Source of the DNA: Octopus sinensis
Lineage: Eukaryota
Assembly (NCBI RefSeq): GCF_006345805.1
Contig: NW_021834410.1
Coordinates: 1 to 48,784 of the forward strand
DNA: 48,784 bases
Direction: 5' to 3'
Below the pieces are notes generated by a model. It was given only the letters and a program-made list of their open reading frames with translations, ran no database searches and had not been told where the DNA came from. Shown here one piece after another: positions 24,895 through 37,863 of the stretch; the first letter of the stretch is position 1; each line of letters opens with the position of its first letter. The position numbers and the translations under genes were made by a program.

Positions 24895-25362
24895 GTATGT
24901 ATGTCTGTATCTATATAGATGTCTGTGTGCGTTTGCTTATGTGTATGCACATATGCATACATGCGTACATACGTACACATACACATACAGACACACTAGC
25001 ACATCTACATGTATATATATATATATACACATCCTCCCTTTGGATGGCTGTTGAAGTGGAAGTGAGACGGCCAACAGCCAAGCCGGAGCGAGCGAAACGC
25101 GTCATTAATTTGCAAAATGAAAAGAAAAGAGAAGAAAGAAAGACCTGCCGAAAATTGTCAGATATAACATGGTTTCGCCACTGGCGACTTGGTTATATAC
25201 ATAATATAACACGTTATTTATGAGTGTGTGTGTATGTGTGTGTGTATGAGGCAAACCTACACACACACACATATATATAATATGTATGCAATGTATGTAT
25301 GTGTATATATATATATATGTATATATATGTATAAAAATATATATACATACACATACACACGC

Positions 25363-25394
<32 letters not shown>

Positions 25395-25612
25395 ATGTGT
25401 GTGTATACGCGTATATATATATACGTATACATACAAACATACACATTAAATATATGTACACACATGTATCTATACACACATAAGAATACATAATGCACAC
25501 ACGCATACATATCCACACACACTCAGACATATACACACACACACACACATATATATATACACACATATATATATACACATATATTTATACATATATATAT
25601 ACATGCCCCCTA

Positions 25613-25643
<31 letters not shown>

Positions 25644-25963
25644 TACGCATGTATACACATTTATATAACGTGTCAAGTTGTATATAGTCAATATATTTTT
25701 CATTTTTCATGTCATTTGTTCGTACATTCCACTGGTTTGTGATGTCAAGTCAAGCGGAAGAAACACTTCCAGCACAATCACCATCACCACCACCACCTGT
25801 ATCATCATCATCATCATCGCCCTTGTCGTCTTCGGTTTTTCTAATGTCTGCCATGCGTCCTTAAGACCATCTGGTTGCATTTCTCAGGTTAAAAAAAGAA
25901 TCTACTGTTCACACATGGAACGGAACCACTTACCCTTTATTGGCTCAACTCCAGTCATCATCA

Positions 25964-26010
<47 letters not shown>

Positions 26011-26099
26011 ATCATCATCATCATCATCAACACAACCACCACCACCACCACCACCACCACACCACCACCACCATCATCATCATGAACCATCCCCACCTC

Positions 26100-26358
26100 C
26101 AGACATCTCTGTCTCAAGTCCCAGGACTCATAGCGCAGGTTACCCAGTTTCCATGAGAGTATAAAGTGACCAAGACCGCAGCATTTCCTCTGAACGGGAT
26201 GCCAGTTCATCTCAGGGTTCCTCCTCAACAGTTGAGGGGACTGGAACTGCGTAAAATGAATTATTTTGCTCGAAATACAATGCACCGCCCGGTCCGGGAA
26301 TCGAAACCGCGATTTTGCGATGGCGAGAGTAACATCCTCTAACCACTAGGCCACTCAC
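26100..26358 (-). mobile_element. tRNA-derived SINE, diverged
   Basis: Minus-strand head GAGTGGCCTAGTGGTTAG..GGTTTCGATTCCCGGACC. Confidence 0.65.
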
Positions 26359-26384
26359 TCTGAGTGTGAGGAATATTCGCTATG

Positions 26385-26605
26385 AGGAAGGTTGACAGAA
26401 TCGTCAGCATGCCGGGCAACATGGCTTAGCGTCGTTTACTCCGTCTATACGTTGAGTGCAAATTCAGCAGAGGTCGACTTTGCCTTTCATCCTTTTGGAG
26501 TCGATATAAAAAGTGCCAGTTGACTAAAGGGGTCGATGTAATCGACTTAACCCCACTCCGCCCCTGAAATTGCTGGCCTTGTCCCAAAACTTGAAGCCAA
26601 TATTC
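26385..26605 (+). mobile_element. SINE family B, diverged
   Basis: Consensus match with many substitutions. Confidence 0.7.
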
Positions 26606-26937
26606 GCTGTGAAGTTGATGTAGACCGTAGAAACAGTGGTGCAAAACCTAGTGGTGCAGAGACTTGGAGAAATCTGCCGAGTTGTGTAACAAGAAAAAAA
26701 AAATTCAACAGAAATTCTATTAATATCAGTTATACTAGTTTGTATTTCGCTACATCTTTTGCTAACACCAACGCCGAAATTTCCTGTCTCCAAATCATAG
26801 CAAAATGCATTTTCATTAATTCAATAACATGTCTTAAATCGAAATTGTTTCGCGGTTTCCATAAGAATTATTTGATAGCTTAAAATTACATGGGTCTAAA
26901 GGCGAATTTTGACTTTTTAAGTTATAACCAATCGTTT

Positions 26938-27135
26938 ATTTGTTTCAGTCATTAGACTACGACCATGCTGGGGCATCGCTTTGAAGAATTTTAGTCGAAC
27001 GAATCGAGCCCAGTACTTATTTTTGAAGGCTGGCACTTATTCCAATATATCCCTTTTACCGAACCGCTTAGTTACGGGGACGTAAGCACACCAGCACCGG
27101 TTGTCAAGTGCTGTTGGGACACACATAAGCACTCA
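26938..27135 (-). mobile_element. SINE family A, 3' part
   Basis: Matches the tail segment (TTGTTTCAGTCATT..CCATGCTGG..CCGAACCGCT..GGTTGTCAAG). Confidence 0.7.
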
Positions 27136-27562
27136 CACGCGCGGGTACGCAAGACATACATTTAAGAAAAAAAAGACTCGCAAAATTGCCCCAGTTGTGG
27201 CCGCCCATAAGTTAATTTTTTCCATTATGCTCACTTTTTCCTGAATATGTGCTGCTGTAATTAGGAAGTATTCAATATGCTTGTGTATCTTTTATGTTAT
27301 GAAATACGGTACATGTTTATACAGAAATCTAAAAATTTCACTTTGCAAGGGCGTATAAACAATATACGCGGAAAACTTGTCAGCTTTGTTTATCTGAAAA
27401 AAACCATATTAAAAAATTTCCTCCAATCCTATGTATCAGAATAATTGTCGCTTTGCTGATTAAAATCCTGTTTCAATTTAAGAAAATTTAAAGCCGAAGG
27501 CGTAAATATTTTTCTTCACACTGAAAATGGAATAGAGTAACTTTCAATGTTTTATTTTTCAG

Positions 27563-27883
27563 ATCATTGATATGAAGGTTAAGAATAAATTGTTTTAAAT
27601 CTTAATAATTATATGTGCTTAAATTGTTGGGATACACAGTCTAATAGTTTGGAATACTTTCATGTACGTTGATCTTTGAATAGCAGTAATCTCTCATATA
27701 GACTTATGGTACATATAAGCACTCGTTTTCATATCGCAGGAGGGAGATAATCGTTCGTTACCGCTACCGGAACTACCAGATGGTGTGATTTTAGAAATAA
27801 CAGTGATTACTCCGCCAACGAAATATTTGAATTTCAGCACCTATACAGGCATTAGTATCGCAAATAGCCAGTGGGCTCATTAA
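27563..27883 (+). CDS. Candidate two-exon coding segment (27563-27577 plus 27740-27883), product unknown
   Basis: TTTATTTTTCAG|ATCATTGATATGAAG|GTTAAG, then TTTTCATATCGCAG|GAG... The joined frame reads IIDMKEGDNRSLPLPELPDGVILEITVITPPTKYLNFSTYTGISIANSQWAH*. Confidence 0.27.
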
Positions 27884-29116
27884 AATCAATTAATAACGAC
27901 TACTTTTAAGTAAGGATAAAGATTACCATTTGGTATTAATACTGCTTCTGTCACTATCGTATATATATATATATATGTATAAAAAATATATATAAAAATA
28001 CAAAATGGGACAATAACGCAAAACACTCAAATAGACGACACAAAAAACGGACGGGTCATTCGGGGCCTCTAATCTTCAGTCAAGAACCGGATCATCCTCG
28101 CAATTTCGGCTGATTAATCTTGAGATCGCTCCTATCCGGCCAGCCCCAAGGAAAAACTAAGCTACGAGCATTAGATTTCTTGGAAAAAGGATCGAATGTA
28201 TACGAAACATGGACAGAAAAACGGACGATATACACATACAGTGGTGGGCACAGCTAACCGTTAAACAGGTAAAAAATTAGCCGAAGCTAATGCTAACTGA
28301 TAACCAAGATGCCAAGTAGTGGGACTGAACCTGGAACCATGTGGTTGGGAAATAAACTTCTTATAACACAGTATGTATGTGTATATACCTGCATATACAG
28401 GCAAGCGCGCGCACACACACATATACTTATGTACGTAAATGTGTTTCGGATGTGTGGATATATATTATTTATATAATAAACACACATTTTAAATATATAC
28501 AAACATTAGACATAAAAGAGAATACGAATAAATTATCCTACCCATTCATAACCGCTCATAGAATTGATATATATTTACTTGATTATAACCTAAAGGGTGT
28601 TTTAGATTATATTTCTCCTACATCTCACTTCCAATCTACACCACGTGACGATTGATTTGATACTGGATAATTACTCACGCACACACACACAACACAAACA
28701 TACAAACACATACAGATCCACATACGCATATATATATACGCATATATGTGACTGAAATGAGGATGGGTGCCTCTGATAGCACTCGAAGCTGAAATGAAAT
28801 TCAGCAAGGCTTTAAACGGCATTTTTCGGTTGATAGCTCTCCTTGATTACTGTTAGAAATATTATATGAATATTTATTAATATACAGATAGAATGAATAA
28901 ATATATCTTTCTGTCCCTGATTGCGGGTATATATATATATATAATTATATATATATATATTACATATATATTATATATATATATATATATATATCTATTA
29001 TTGATATATATATATAAGTATCTATATATATATATATAATATATATATATATATAATATTATATTTTGATATATATATATATTATATATATTATATATAT
29101 ATATTATTGATATATT

Positions 29117-29159
<43 letters not shown>

Positions 29160-29695
29160 GCATGTATATATATATATTTATTGATATATATATATATATA
29201 GGTAATATCCCCCGGGCGTCATCGTCGTATGTAAAGAGTCTCACCTCCAATCTGTTTATAAGCTTTTTTTATAATTATAATTGAAGCAGATTAAAACCAT
29301 ATCTTAGGCAAAAAATACGACAAAGCATTCGTAAATAAATACTACAACTGAGAAAATGTGCGGACGAACAGCGTGATTGGAAGTCCACCTGAAATTGTCG
29401 ATCAAGACAAAACCGATGTATGGCGGTTTTTTACTATTTATTAAAATTTTATGTATTGATTAAGTCTTTCCTTGTTTGTTTTGCAAATATGTTTTGTCTC
29501 TAATAATATTTATATATTTTACTATAAATTGGATAATCCTAAATCTGATTTTTTCCCTGTAATTTTGGATTATTCCCTAATATTTATTATTTATATATGT
29601 ATATATATAATATATGTATATATATATGTATGTATGTATATATATATGTATGTATCTATATATATCAATATGTATATATATATGTATGTATGTAT

Positions 29696-29734
<39 letters not shown>

Positions 29735-29735
29735 G

Positions 29736-29831
<96 letters not shown>

Positions 29832-29980
29832 TATATGTATGTATGTAGTTTTATATGTGTGTATGTATGTAGTCTATGTATACACACATATATATATATA
29901 TATGTATATATATTTATATGAATTTTAACGAATATTTAACCAGATTTATGTTCCACGAGTCAGACACTTTAAGCTGTTCT

Positions 29981-30317
29981 TTTTTTCTCTCTTCTTACTC
30001 TTTTACTAGTTTCAGTCATTTGGCTGCGGCCATGCTGGAGCACTGCCTCTAGTCGAGTGAATCGAATCCAGGACTTATTATTTGTAAGCCTAGTACTTAT
30101 TCCATCGGTGTTTTTTGCCGAACCGCTAAGTTACGGGGACGTGAACACACCAGCATCGGTTGTCAAGCGATGTTGGTGGTAGTGGTGGGGGACAAACACA
30201 CACACACACACACACATATACGACGGGTTTCTTTCAGTGTCTTCTGCCATAACCTTGGCTCGACCTAAGCCTTGTGAGTAAATTTGGTAGACGAAAACTG
30301 AAAGAAGCCTGTCGTGC

Positions 30318-30377
<60 letters not shown>

Positions 30378-30830
30378 GTGTGTGTGTGAATGTGTATAGG
30401 GAGAGTTTACGAAAAAAACAAAAGACGAAGACAGGTGGTGTATAAAACAAACAGATGTATTAGTATAACGCTCAGGAATAGAAAAAAGTCTTTTACGTTT
30501 CGAGACTACGCTCTTCTACAGAAAGGGACAAAGAAAAAATAAGGAGAGAAAAAAATGTGTGTAGTGGCTAACGATCTATATATATATATATATTTATGCG
30601 CATGTGTGTGTGTGTGTATTTATGTATGTGTCTTTGTGTTTGCCCCCACCACCATCGCTTGACAACCGATATTGGTAAATTTATGTACCCGTAATATAGC
30701 GGTTCGGCTAAAGCGACCGATAGAATAAGTCATGGGGTCGATTTCTTCGACTAAAAAAAAAATCCCTTCAAGGCGGTGCTCCAGCATGTTCGCAGTCAAA
30801 ATGACTGAAAGAAGAGATTAAAAGAATGAA
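29981..30830. mobile_element. Two SINE family A fragments in inverted, tails-outward arrangement
   Basis: 29981-30240 is a minus-strand 3' part; 30268-30390 and 30600-30830 are plus-strand parts. Confidence 0.75.
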
Positions 30831-30963
30831 AGGATATCTCACGCATACTGTTCCTCCCTCCCTCCCTTCCTCTCCCCCTCTCTCTCTTCATATGACACGT
30901 AATTGCTTTCATTTTGTTTAAAGCTTCGTCTTTCATTTTATGATAGACAGCTTTGTGATTGGG

Positions 30964-31343
30964 TGGAGGCGCAATGGCCTAGTGGTTAGGGCAGCGGACT
31001 CGCGGTCGTAGGATCGCGGTTTCGATTCCCAGACCGGGCGTTGTGAGTGTTTATTGAGCGAAAACACCTAAAGCTCCACGAGGCTCCGGCAGGGGATGGT
31101 GGTGATCCCTGCTGTACTCTTTCACCACAACTTTCTCTCACTCTTACTTCCTGTTTCTGTTGTACATGTATTTCAAAGGGCCGGCCTTGTCACTCTCTGT
31201 GTGTCACGCTGAATATCCCCGAGAACTATGTTAAGGGTACACGTGTCTGTGGAGTGCTCAGCCACTTACACGTTAATTTCATGAGCAGGCTGTTCCGTTG
31301 ATTCGGATCCACCGGACCCTCGTCGTCGCAACCGACGGAGTGC
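30964..31343 (+). mobile_element. SINE family C, full length
   Basis: Near-identical to 14376-14758. Confidence 0.9.
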
Positions 31344-31528
31344 TTCCATCCATGTGATTGGGTAAAAATGCTTAAACTTAAAAAACCTCTGCAACATTTT
31401 TCTAAATCTCTTCTGGAATAAGTGAAGCACAAAATCGGATTCAGCGTGAAAAATTGCACATATCCCAAATTTGAACATTCTCACTTGATCTCAAAATTTC
31501 AAAAGTTGTGAAAGCAAAAGAAAAGATC

Positions 31529-31565
<37 letters not shown>

Positions 31566-32016
31566 ATCTATTTCATTCACGCTTTCTCATTGTAAACTTC
31601 CCTCTCTCTATATATATGTTTACCACACTTTTTCTTACACCTTGTAAATATATATCGCTCACATTGAGTGTGTGCGCGTGCACGTGTGTGTGTCTGTGTG
31701 TGTGTGTATGCATGTGTGTAAGGGATTTCATTAGGGAAGTAGTGTCGAAAGACCCTTACAAAGAATCAGCAGCGAACTAAGAAAAATCTTTACATCTATG
31801 CACCAAATGGAAAAACAAAAACTCTGTTTATCGATGCATTTTAAATTGCACCAACTGCTGCAGAAATCTATCCTGATCAAGAGGTCCATTCGTTGGAGAA
31901 GACATGGAATAAAAATAATTGAAATAAAGGTATTCTATTGTGAAAATTTCCCAACAACGATGCGATACACAGCTTGTGTGTGTGGGTGTGTGTGTGTGTG
32001 TGTGTGTGTATAACTA

Positions 32017-33268
32017 TAATGTGCCCCCAAAATGTATACATAATTTAACATCTGATAACTCAGTTAATTTTCACTTGCTTGTAGATTTAATTCATTTGAA
32101 ATAATAAATGCAGGCAGTCTAATCCTTGAACAAGGAAATGTATTCCTCAAGTGCGAATGGAAGCTTGAAAACGCAGTCGAAGGGCAAAGTTTGTGTCGGG
32201 GTTCCTGTCAGATCCACAACGCAACTCACCATCAATCGAATTAAGCGTAAGTTTAAAGACGTCGGAATTGTTCATAATTTCCACAAGAAACGTTTCGGAA
32301 GGCCGCAGAGATAGACGAATCTCACAAAGCAAGAAATGGTTTTAGAAGAGTTCAAATAAATTTGTACGCCAAACCAAGCTTTGAGTTGGGAATTTCAAAA
32401 TCAAGCGCCCATCGCATTTTGAAGCGCTCTCATACGGAAAAAAGTTACTTTTCAACAATGCTCCATCTCTCAATGAAGATGAACTGGAACGAAGAGTGGA
32501 GTCTTGAGAGTGGTACGTAGCAAGATGTGCAGAAGATTCACATTTTCCAGCAAAGACTATTTGGAGTGATGAAGCCGCGTTGAAATTAAATGGTTCTATT
32601 AATCATCACAATTGCTACTAGCGGGAACATGAAAGTCCGCATATGGAGGAACATCATGTTAATTTATCAGGAATTACAGTATGATCCGGTTTATCACCGA
32701 AAGGATTAATTGAGCCGTTATTTTTTGATATTACTATGACTGATCCCTTTACTTGAGCTTGCTTCAACACTCCATCATGCTAAGTGTTCAAGAGTACTTT
32801 GGAAACGTGGGTTTTTATTTCCAGCAAGAAACGTGGGTTTCTATTTCCTGCGCTACAATAGTAATGTAAAGGCTTTCTTTGATATTTTGCCAAACTAGTG
32901 GATTGAACGAAGAAGTTCAGTGGAATACCCTTCACGTTCAACGGACCTCACACTACTAGACATCTTTTGGGGGAGTGGGGTATTTAAAAGGTAAATGCTA
33001 CGTTACAACATCAACAACAATCGACGAACTGAGAGTAGGCATTGAATGTGAATGAGCACAAATACCGAGCAAAATATTTCTTCATATTTACGATTCCGTT
33101 GCTTCGCGTTATCAGCAGTGATTGTACCAGAAAGATTAGTTTGAAAGCAGTCATTCATGAAACGACTAAATAGTCTGCAGATTCTATTATATTTTGAAAA
33201 CGAAATATATTTTGATAAACACTAATTCATAATCATTCAATGTGTGTTTGAGTTTTGGGGATATCCTA
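32017..33268 (+). mobile_element. Decayed Tc1/mariner DNA transposon (~1.25 kb) with pseudogenised transposase
   Basis: Remnant motifs: [42 protein letters not shown] (first D), HVNLSGITV.SGLS.KGLIEPLFFD, FYFQQ, WI.RR.SVEYPSRSTDLTLLDIFW (WPPRSPDL-like). Many stops and frameshifts. Degenerate TIRs (..CCCCAAAA.. / ..TTTTGGGG..). Confidence 0.85.
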
Positions 33269-33673
33269 CGCACACACACTCACGTATGAATAAAGAAAGA
33301 GAGAGAGAGGTGGGGAGAATATATTGAACCAGAGTTTCTTCGGTTTTAATTCTATCTATGAGTCTCTTAGTTGTACATTCGCAGCTGCATCAAAGCTCTA
33401 TATTTATATCTGTTGAGTACGACTTCTGGTTTCACTCCCATTTATGTATATATTTCTGTTGTGTGATTAAGGCGTTTGCCTTGCCATGACGTTCTAACAC
33501 AAGCACAGAGACAAGCGTATATATGATGATGTATAAATCTAACGGTCAATATTTAAATCTTTAGCATTTAAAACGGGTACATCCGGCCAAAATATTCCAT
33601 CTGTTTTATGTTCAAACTGACCAAATCCAGGTTCTCACACCTATCCTACAATGCCATTCTGAAAATAAACAAT

Positions 33674-34081
33674 CAGGAGTGGCTGTGTGGTAAGTAGCTT
33701 GCCTACCAACCACATGGTTCTGGGTTCAGTCCTACTGCGTGGCATCTTGGGCAAGTGTCTTCTGCTATAGCCTCGGGCCGACCAATGCCTTGTGAGTGGA
33801 TTTGGTAGACAGAAACTGAAAGAAGCCTGTCGTATATACATGTATATATATATATGTATGTATGTGTATGTATATGTTTGTGTGTCTGTGTTTGTCCCTC
33901 TAGCATTGCTTGACAACCGATGCTGGTATGTCTATGTCCTCGTCATCTAGCGGTTCGGCAAAAGAGACCGATAGAATAAGTACTGGGCTTACAAAGAATA
34001 AGTCCCGGGGTCGATTTGCTCGACTAAAGGGCGGTGCTCCAGCATGGCCGCAGTCAAATGACTGAAACAAGTAAAAGAGTA
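33674..34081 (+). mobile_element. SINE family A, full length
   Basis: Complete head, body and tail match the consensus. Confidence 0.9.
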
Positions 34082-34616
34082 ATCACATCATCGGAATGTT
34101 GAAGCTACGAGATAATCCAGGATTAATTCAAAACAACGTGAATAAATAAGCATTACGCTTGGCAGAATAATCTGAGCGCTAAAGCGTTAAATTCTGGTGT
34201 CATATGTAAACCTGTGACATTGGCCATGTCTTCTACCTGCAAAGGGACACCAACACACATTAGCAACACAGCATCCTGATGATGAGACTCAGAACGTATT
34301 GAGTCGTTGATGACACATTTAAGAATTTTACTGTTCCAAGTAGTGTCAGAAATGTATTAAAATACATGAAAAAAAAAAACCCATGAGAAAACTGTGAAAC
34401 AGAACATGGTCGGGATTCAATAGAACACACACTTGCATCAATACACACACACACACACTCAAGCATATATGTTAATATGTACGTATGAATGTATGCACAT
34501 ATAGATATATAGGTAGAGAGGTGTGTATGTACGTAGGTAGGTATGTATATATTCCTTATATATTTTTGTTGATTGGTGCATCTGTTTACAAATATACATG
34601 TTCGTGTATATATACT

Positions 34617-34890
34617 GCTGAGACCCCCTTCGGTCATGACTGAGGCACAAGTCCGGGCAAGGTCGTTTATGGTAGACCAGCAGTCACCCATGCATACCGA
34701 CCTCCCGTCTCCACGCCACCAGTGTTATCCAATGGAAAGGCAGAGGCCGATACAACTTGGCACCTGTGACATTGCAACTCATTTCTACAGCTGAGTGAAC
34801 TGGAGTGATGTGAAATAAAGTGTCTTGCTCAAGAATACAACACGCAGCCCGGTCTGGGATTCGAACTCACATCCTCATGATCGTAAGGTG
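34617..34890 (-). mobile_element. tRNA-derived SINE family D
   Basis: Minus strand GAGTTCGAATCCC..CTTGAGCAAGACACTTTA..CAGCTGTAGAAATGAG resembles a CORE/V-type central domain. Confidence 0.75.
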
Positions 34891-34929
34891 TATATATATA
34901 TATACATACACACACACACAAGCTTCCGT

Positions 34930-35060
34930 CGATCAATTCCCCATACAAAATAATGGTCAACCCAGCCGTGCTAGAAGTCGCTTGCTGAAGATTCCGCGCA
35001 GTAGGATCGAATCCCAAACTATTCGGTTGCACAATGAACTTCCAAATCCCACAACCCTGA
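34930..35060 (-). mobile_element. Highly diverged SINE family A head in EXOSC3 intron 1
   Basis: The minus strand GGGTTGTGGGA..GGGATTCGATCCTACTGCGCGG..CAAGCGACTTCT aligns loosely to the family A head. Confidence 0.45.
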
Positions 35061-35138
35061 TAGTACCCATTTGTAATTCTTTCTTTTTTTGTTCCATATT
35101 CAAAGAAATACGAGCTGTCTATGAAAGCAACTACATAC

Positions 35139-35351
35139 CCTACGTTGGTGTTGGTGACAGTCAATCCAGCAGGTGTTATATTCTTTAAAACGAAGAATTC
35201 CAGGCTTTGTTACTAATACTTGTTTTTCTTGAACTCGTAATCCTGCCTCTAACACTATTTTATTCTCTTGTTCATCAATATCTTTCAAATCCCGAACAAT
35301 TTCACCGGGAAGGAATAATTGATCAACACAAGCCAGCACGTCGTTCGCCAT
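35139..35351 (-). CDS. EXOSC3: Exosome complex component RRP40, first coding exon (71 codons); functional gene or orphan/decaying duplicate
   Basis: Translates MANDVLACVDQLFLPGEIVRDL...KIVLEAGLRVQEKQVLVTKPGILRFKEYNTCWIDCHQHQRR, matching the RRP40 N-terminus (xLPGE...GPGL...LVTKxGxLR.K...YWxDSxQKR). ATG sits in an AACAAGATGGCG context. The exon ends at AGG|GTATGT, just before the expected YVP, which is the intron position recalled for human EXOSC3. The supplied ORF 35100..35396 overruns both ends. Confidence 0.88.
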
Positions 35352-35962
35352 CTTGTTGCTGAGTAAAGCTAACTTCTTCACTTTTTCATCTCTCATTACC
35401 GGATTACATCATATTTTTTTTCTTTCTTTTTAGATTTCCATTTAATAGACTCTAAAATAATAATTATTATGTCTTTCGTTGTTTTTTCGTTTTACTACAA
35501 TGATTTTATTCTTCGAAATCTGCTTTCACTAAAACCAATCAGACTTACTTTGTTCGAAACTATATGTTAAGACTTATTTATATTATCAGTTCCATCAATT
35601 CTTAAATGAAAACTTAACGGATTCGTCATCCATATTTCTTTGAACGAACCTTTTTTAAAAATTTTAACAATCATTATTTTTTTTATTATTTAAATCTGTT
35701 TAAAGTGGAAATATATTCATTTAATGAATTAATCGCTAAACATGTCGCATTTTAGTGAAAAATGTACACGTGCATCTATCAAAACAAAAAGCAATATTCG
35801 TGCACCCCCTGTCCCTCTGCACATTGAAACAAGAAGACCAGATATTTTGGAAGAATTATTGTCTCCAGTTATGTAATATAATTCTCTTCCGGCAGTTTTC
35901 CCGGCATTGGATAATTATTAAATTAGCCTTCTTTCTATATTACGTGGTATTTTCTTTTTAAT

Positions 35963-36195
35963 ATGTTTCTTTATTATCCACAAGGGGCTAAACATAGGGT
36001 GACAAACAAGGACAGACAAACGGATTAAGTCGATTACATCGACCCCGGTGCGTCACTGGTACTTAATTTATCGACCCCGAAAGGATGAAAGGTAAAGTCG
36101 ACCTCGGCGGGATTTGAACTCAGAACGTAACGGCAGACGAAATACGGCTACGCATTTCGCCCGGCGTGCTAACGTTTCTGCCAGCTCACCACCTT
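35963..36195 (-). mobile_element. SINE family B, full length
   Basis: Close consensus match. Confidence 0.9.
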
Positions 36196-36729
36196 AATTT
36201 TCCTTTTAATATATATTTCTTTATTGCTCACAAGAGGCTAAACATAGAGGGGACAAAGAAGAGAACACACACCTTCACTCACACACACACACACACACAC
36301 TCTCTCTCTCTCTCTCTCTCACACACACAAATGGACACGTACAAAAAAGATGTACGCATATGTATTGATGTATGTACATATACATGACAACATACACCTT
36401 TACTCACTTTCTCTCTCTCTTTTCCTCTCCTTCTCTTCCTCTCTCTCTCTTTCTCACACACACGTCCATTTCATATACACGTACATACATCTTTCACTTT
36501 AAAACAAAAGTAAATGAATAAAAAATTTTTACGGAAATTAACAAACTCCAGATGATGAAAAATATTTCGAGATGATTAAAATATTCTGTACGTCAAAAAG
36601 TCGTACTCTAAAGAGCGCAAAGACTATGTGTGTGTATATGCCACAGATAGCGGACGTGTGTTTTTGTTCATTGACACGCCATGACACTCATTATATATGT
36701 GTGTGTATTATGTATGTGTGTATGTGTGT

Positions 36730-36835
36730 TGACGTCACGGAAGCCATATTGTTTTTCGTCAAGAAATAGCAAAAGTTGTCTTTAATCGTTTAAATAGAGG
36801 TCCCAAAAATTTGTACTGCACTGCCGAAGGTAAGT
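36730..36835 (+). promoter_or_regulatory. Candidate promoter (CRE plus ETS-like) and non-coding first exon ending at a strong donor
   Basis: TGACGTCA at 36730-36737 abuts CGGAAG at 36738-36743, then GCCAT. Donor AAG|GTAAGT at 36829/36830. Confidence 0.35.
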
Positions 36836-36973
36836 ATGAAAAAAAATAAGATAAAATACACTAGTTCTGAGATATTTCAGTTACACACAAACATCCCTAG
36901 AGTTTTAGTACATGTATACATATATGTGTGTGTGTATGTATATATATATATTTGTATATGCATATATATATGC

Positions 36974-37024
<51 letters not shown>

Positions 37025-37107
37025 GTTTGGTGCACTTGTGTACATATATATACATACATGTGTATGTGTGTACGTATATATATATATATAATATATATAT
37101 ATATATG

Positions 37108-37155
<48 letters not shown>

Positions 37156-37410
37156 TGTTGGCCTGCTCGCTTAGCCAGGGGTGGCGTCATTTGAAGGCTA
37201 AAACAATGCGAAGTGCATTGTGACCAGCGATGTGTAGCAACATCTGATAGTCTGATCGGTCACGGTGATCACGGTGATATATGAGTGTATGTATGTATGT
37301 ATGTATGTGTGTTTGTGTGCGTGTATGTGTGTGTTAGAATATGTGTAAAAGTTCTTCGTAGTGGCTGCTTTGTGCAGAACCAGCAAGCTGGTTTACTAGC
37401 ACCTCATTGC

Positions 37411-37510
<100 letters not shown>

Positions 37511-37863
37511 CCACGATACTGTGTGTTTTCTTTTGTTTACTTCTTAAAATTAGGGGCTGCAGCTGATTTGTGAAGCTCACTAATTCAACAGATGGGACGT
37601 ATAAATTTTTGTTCGCTTGCATCTTTATTCTCGTATAATCTCTACCTACGTCATTACTTATTTAGGCCAGTGTATGTCCGCTTTTTCTATATACATCACT
37701 CGCGCTGTTTGCCTTTTCTAAAATATTTTGTAACAGATATCTGTACATTTTCATCTCCTTTGCAAACAGCCTCTCTTCTTTTACCCAATTTTCCCAATAG
37801 TTAGCTAACGATACAATTCTCTGTGTTTGATGCTTATAATCTACTAAGAATATAGTGTTTCTT

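Noticed and set aside
30964-31040. tRNA-Arg-like cloverleaf (also 14376, 10321, 45470)
   Set aside because: No proper acceptor stem or terminator, and it continues into a conserved SINE body, so it is a SINE head rather than a tRNA gene.
34271-34312. CTGATGA-containing hammerhead-like fold
   Set aside because: Has GAAC instead of GAAA and a very weak stem III; could be chance.
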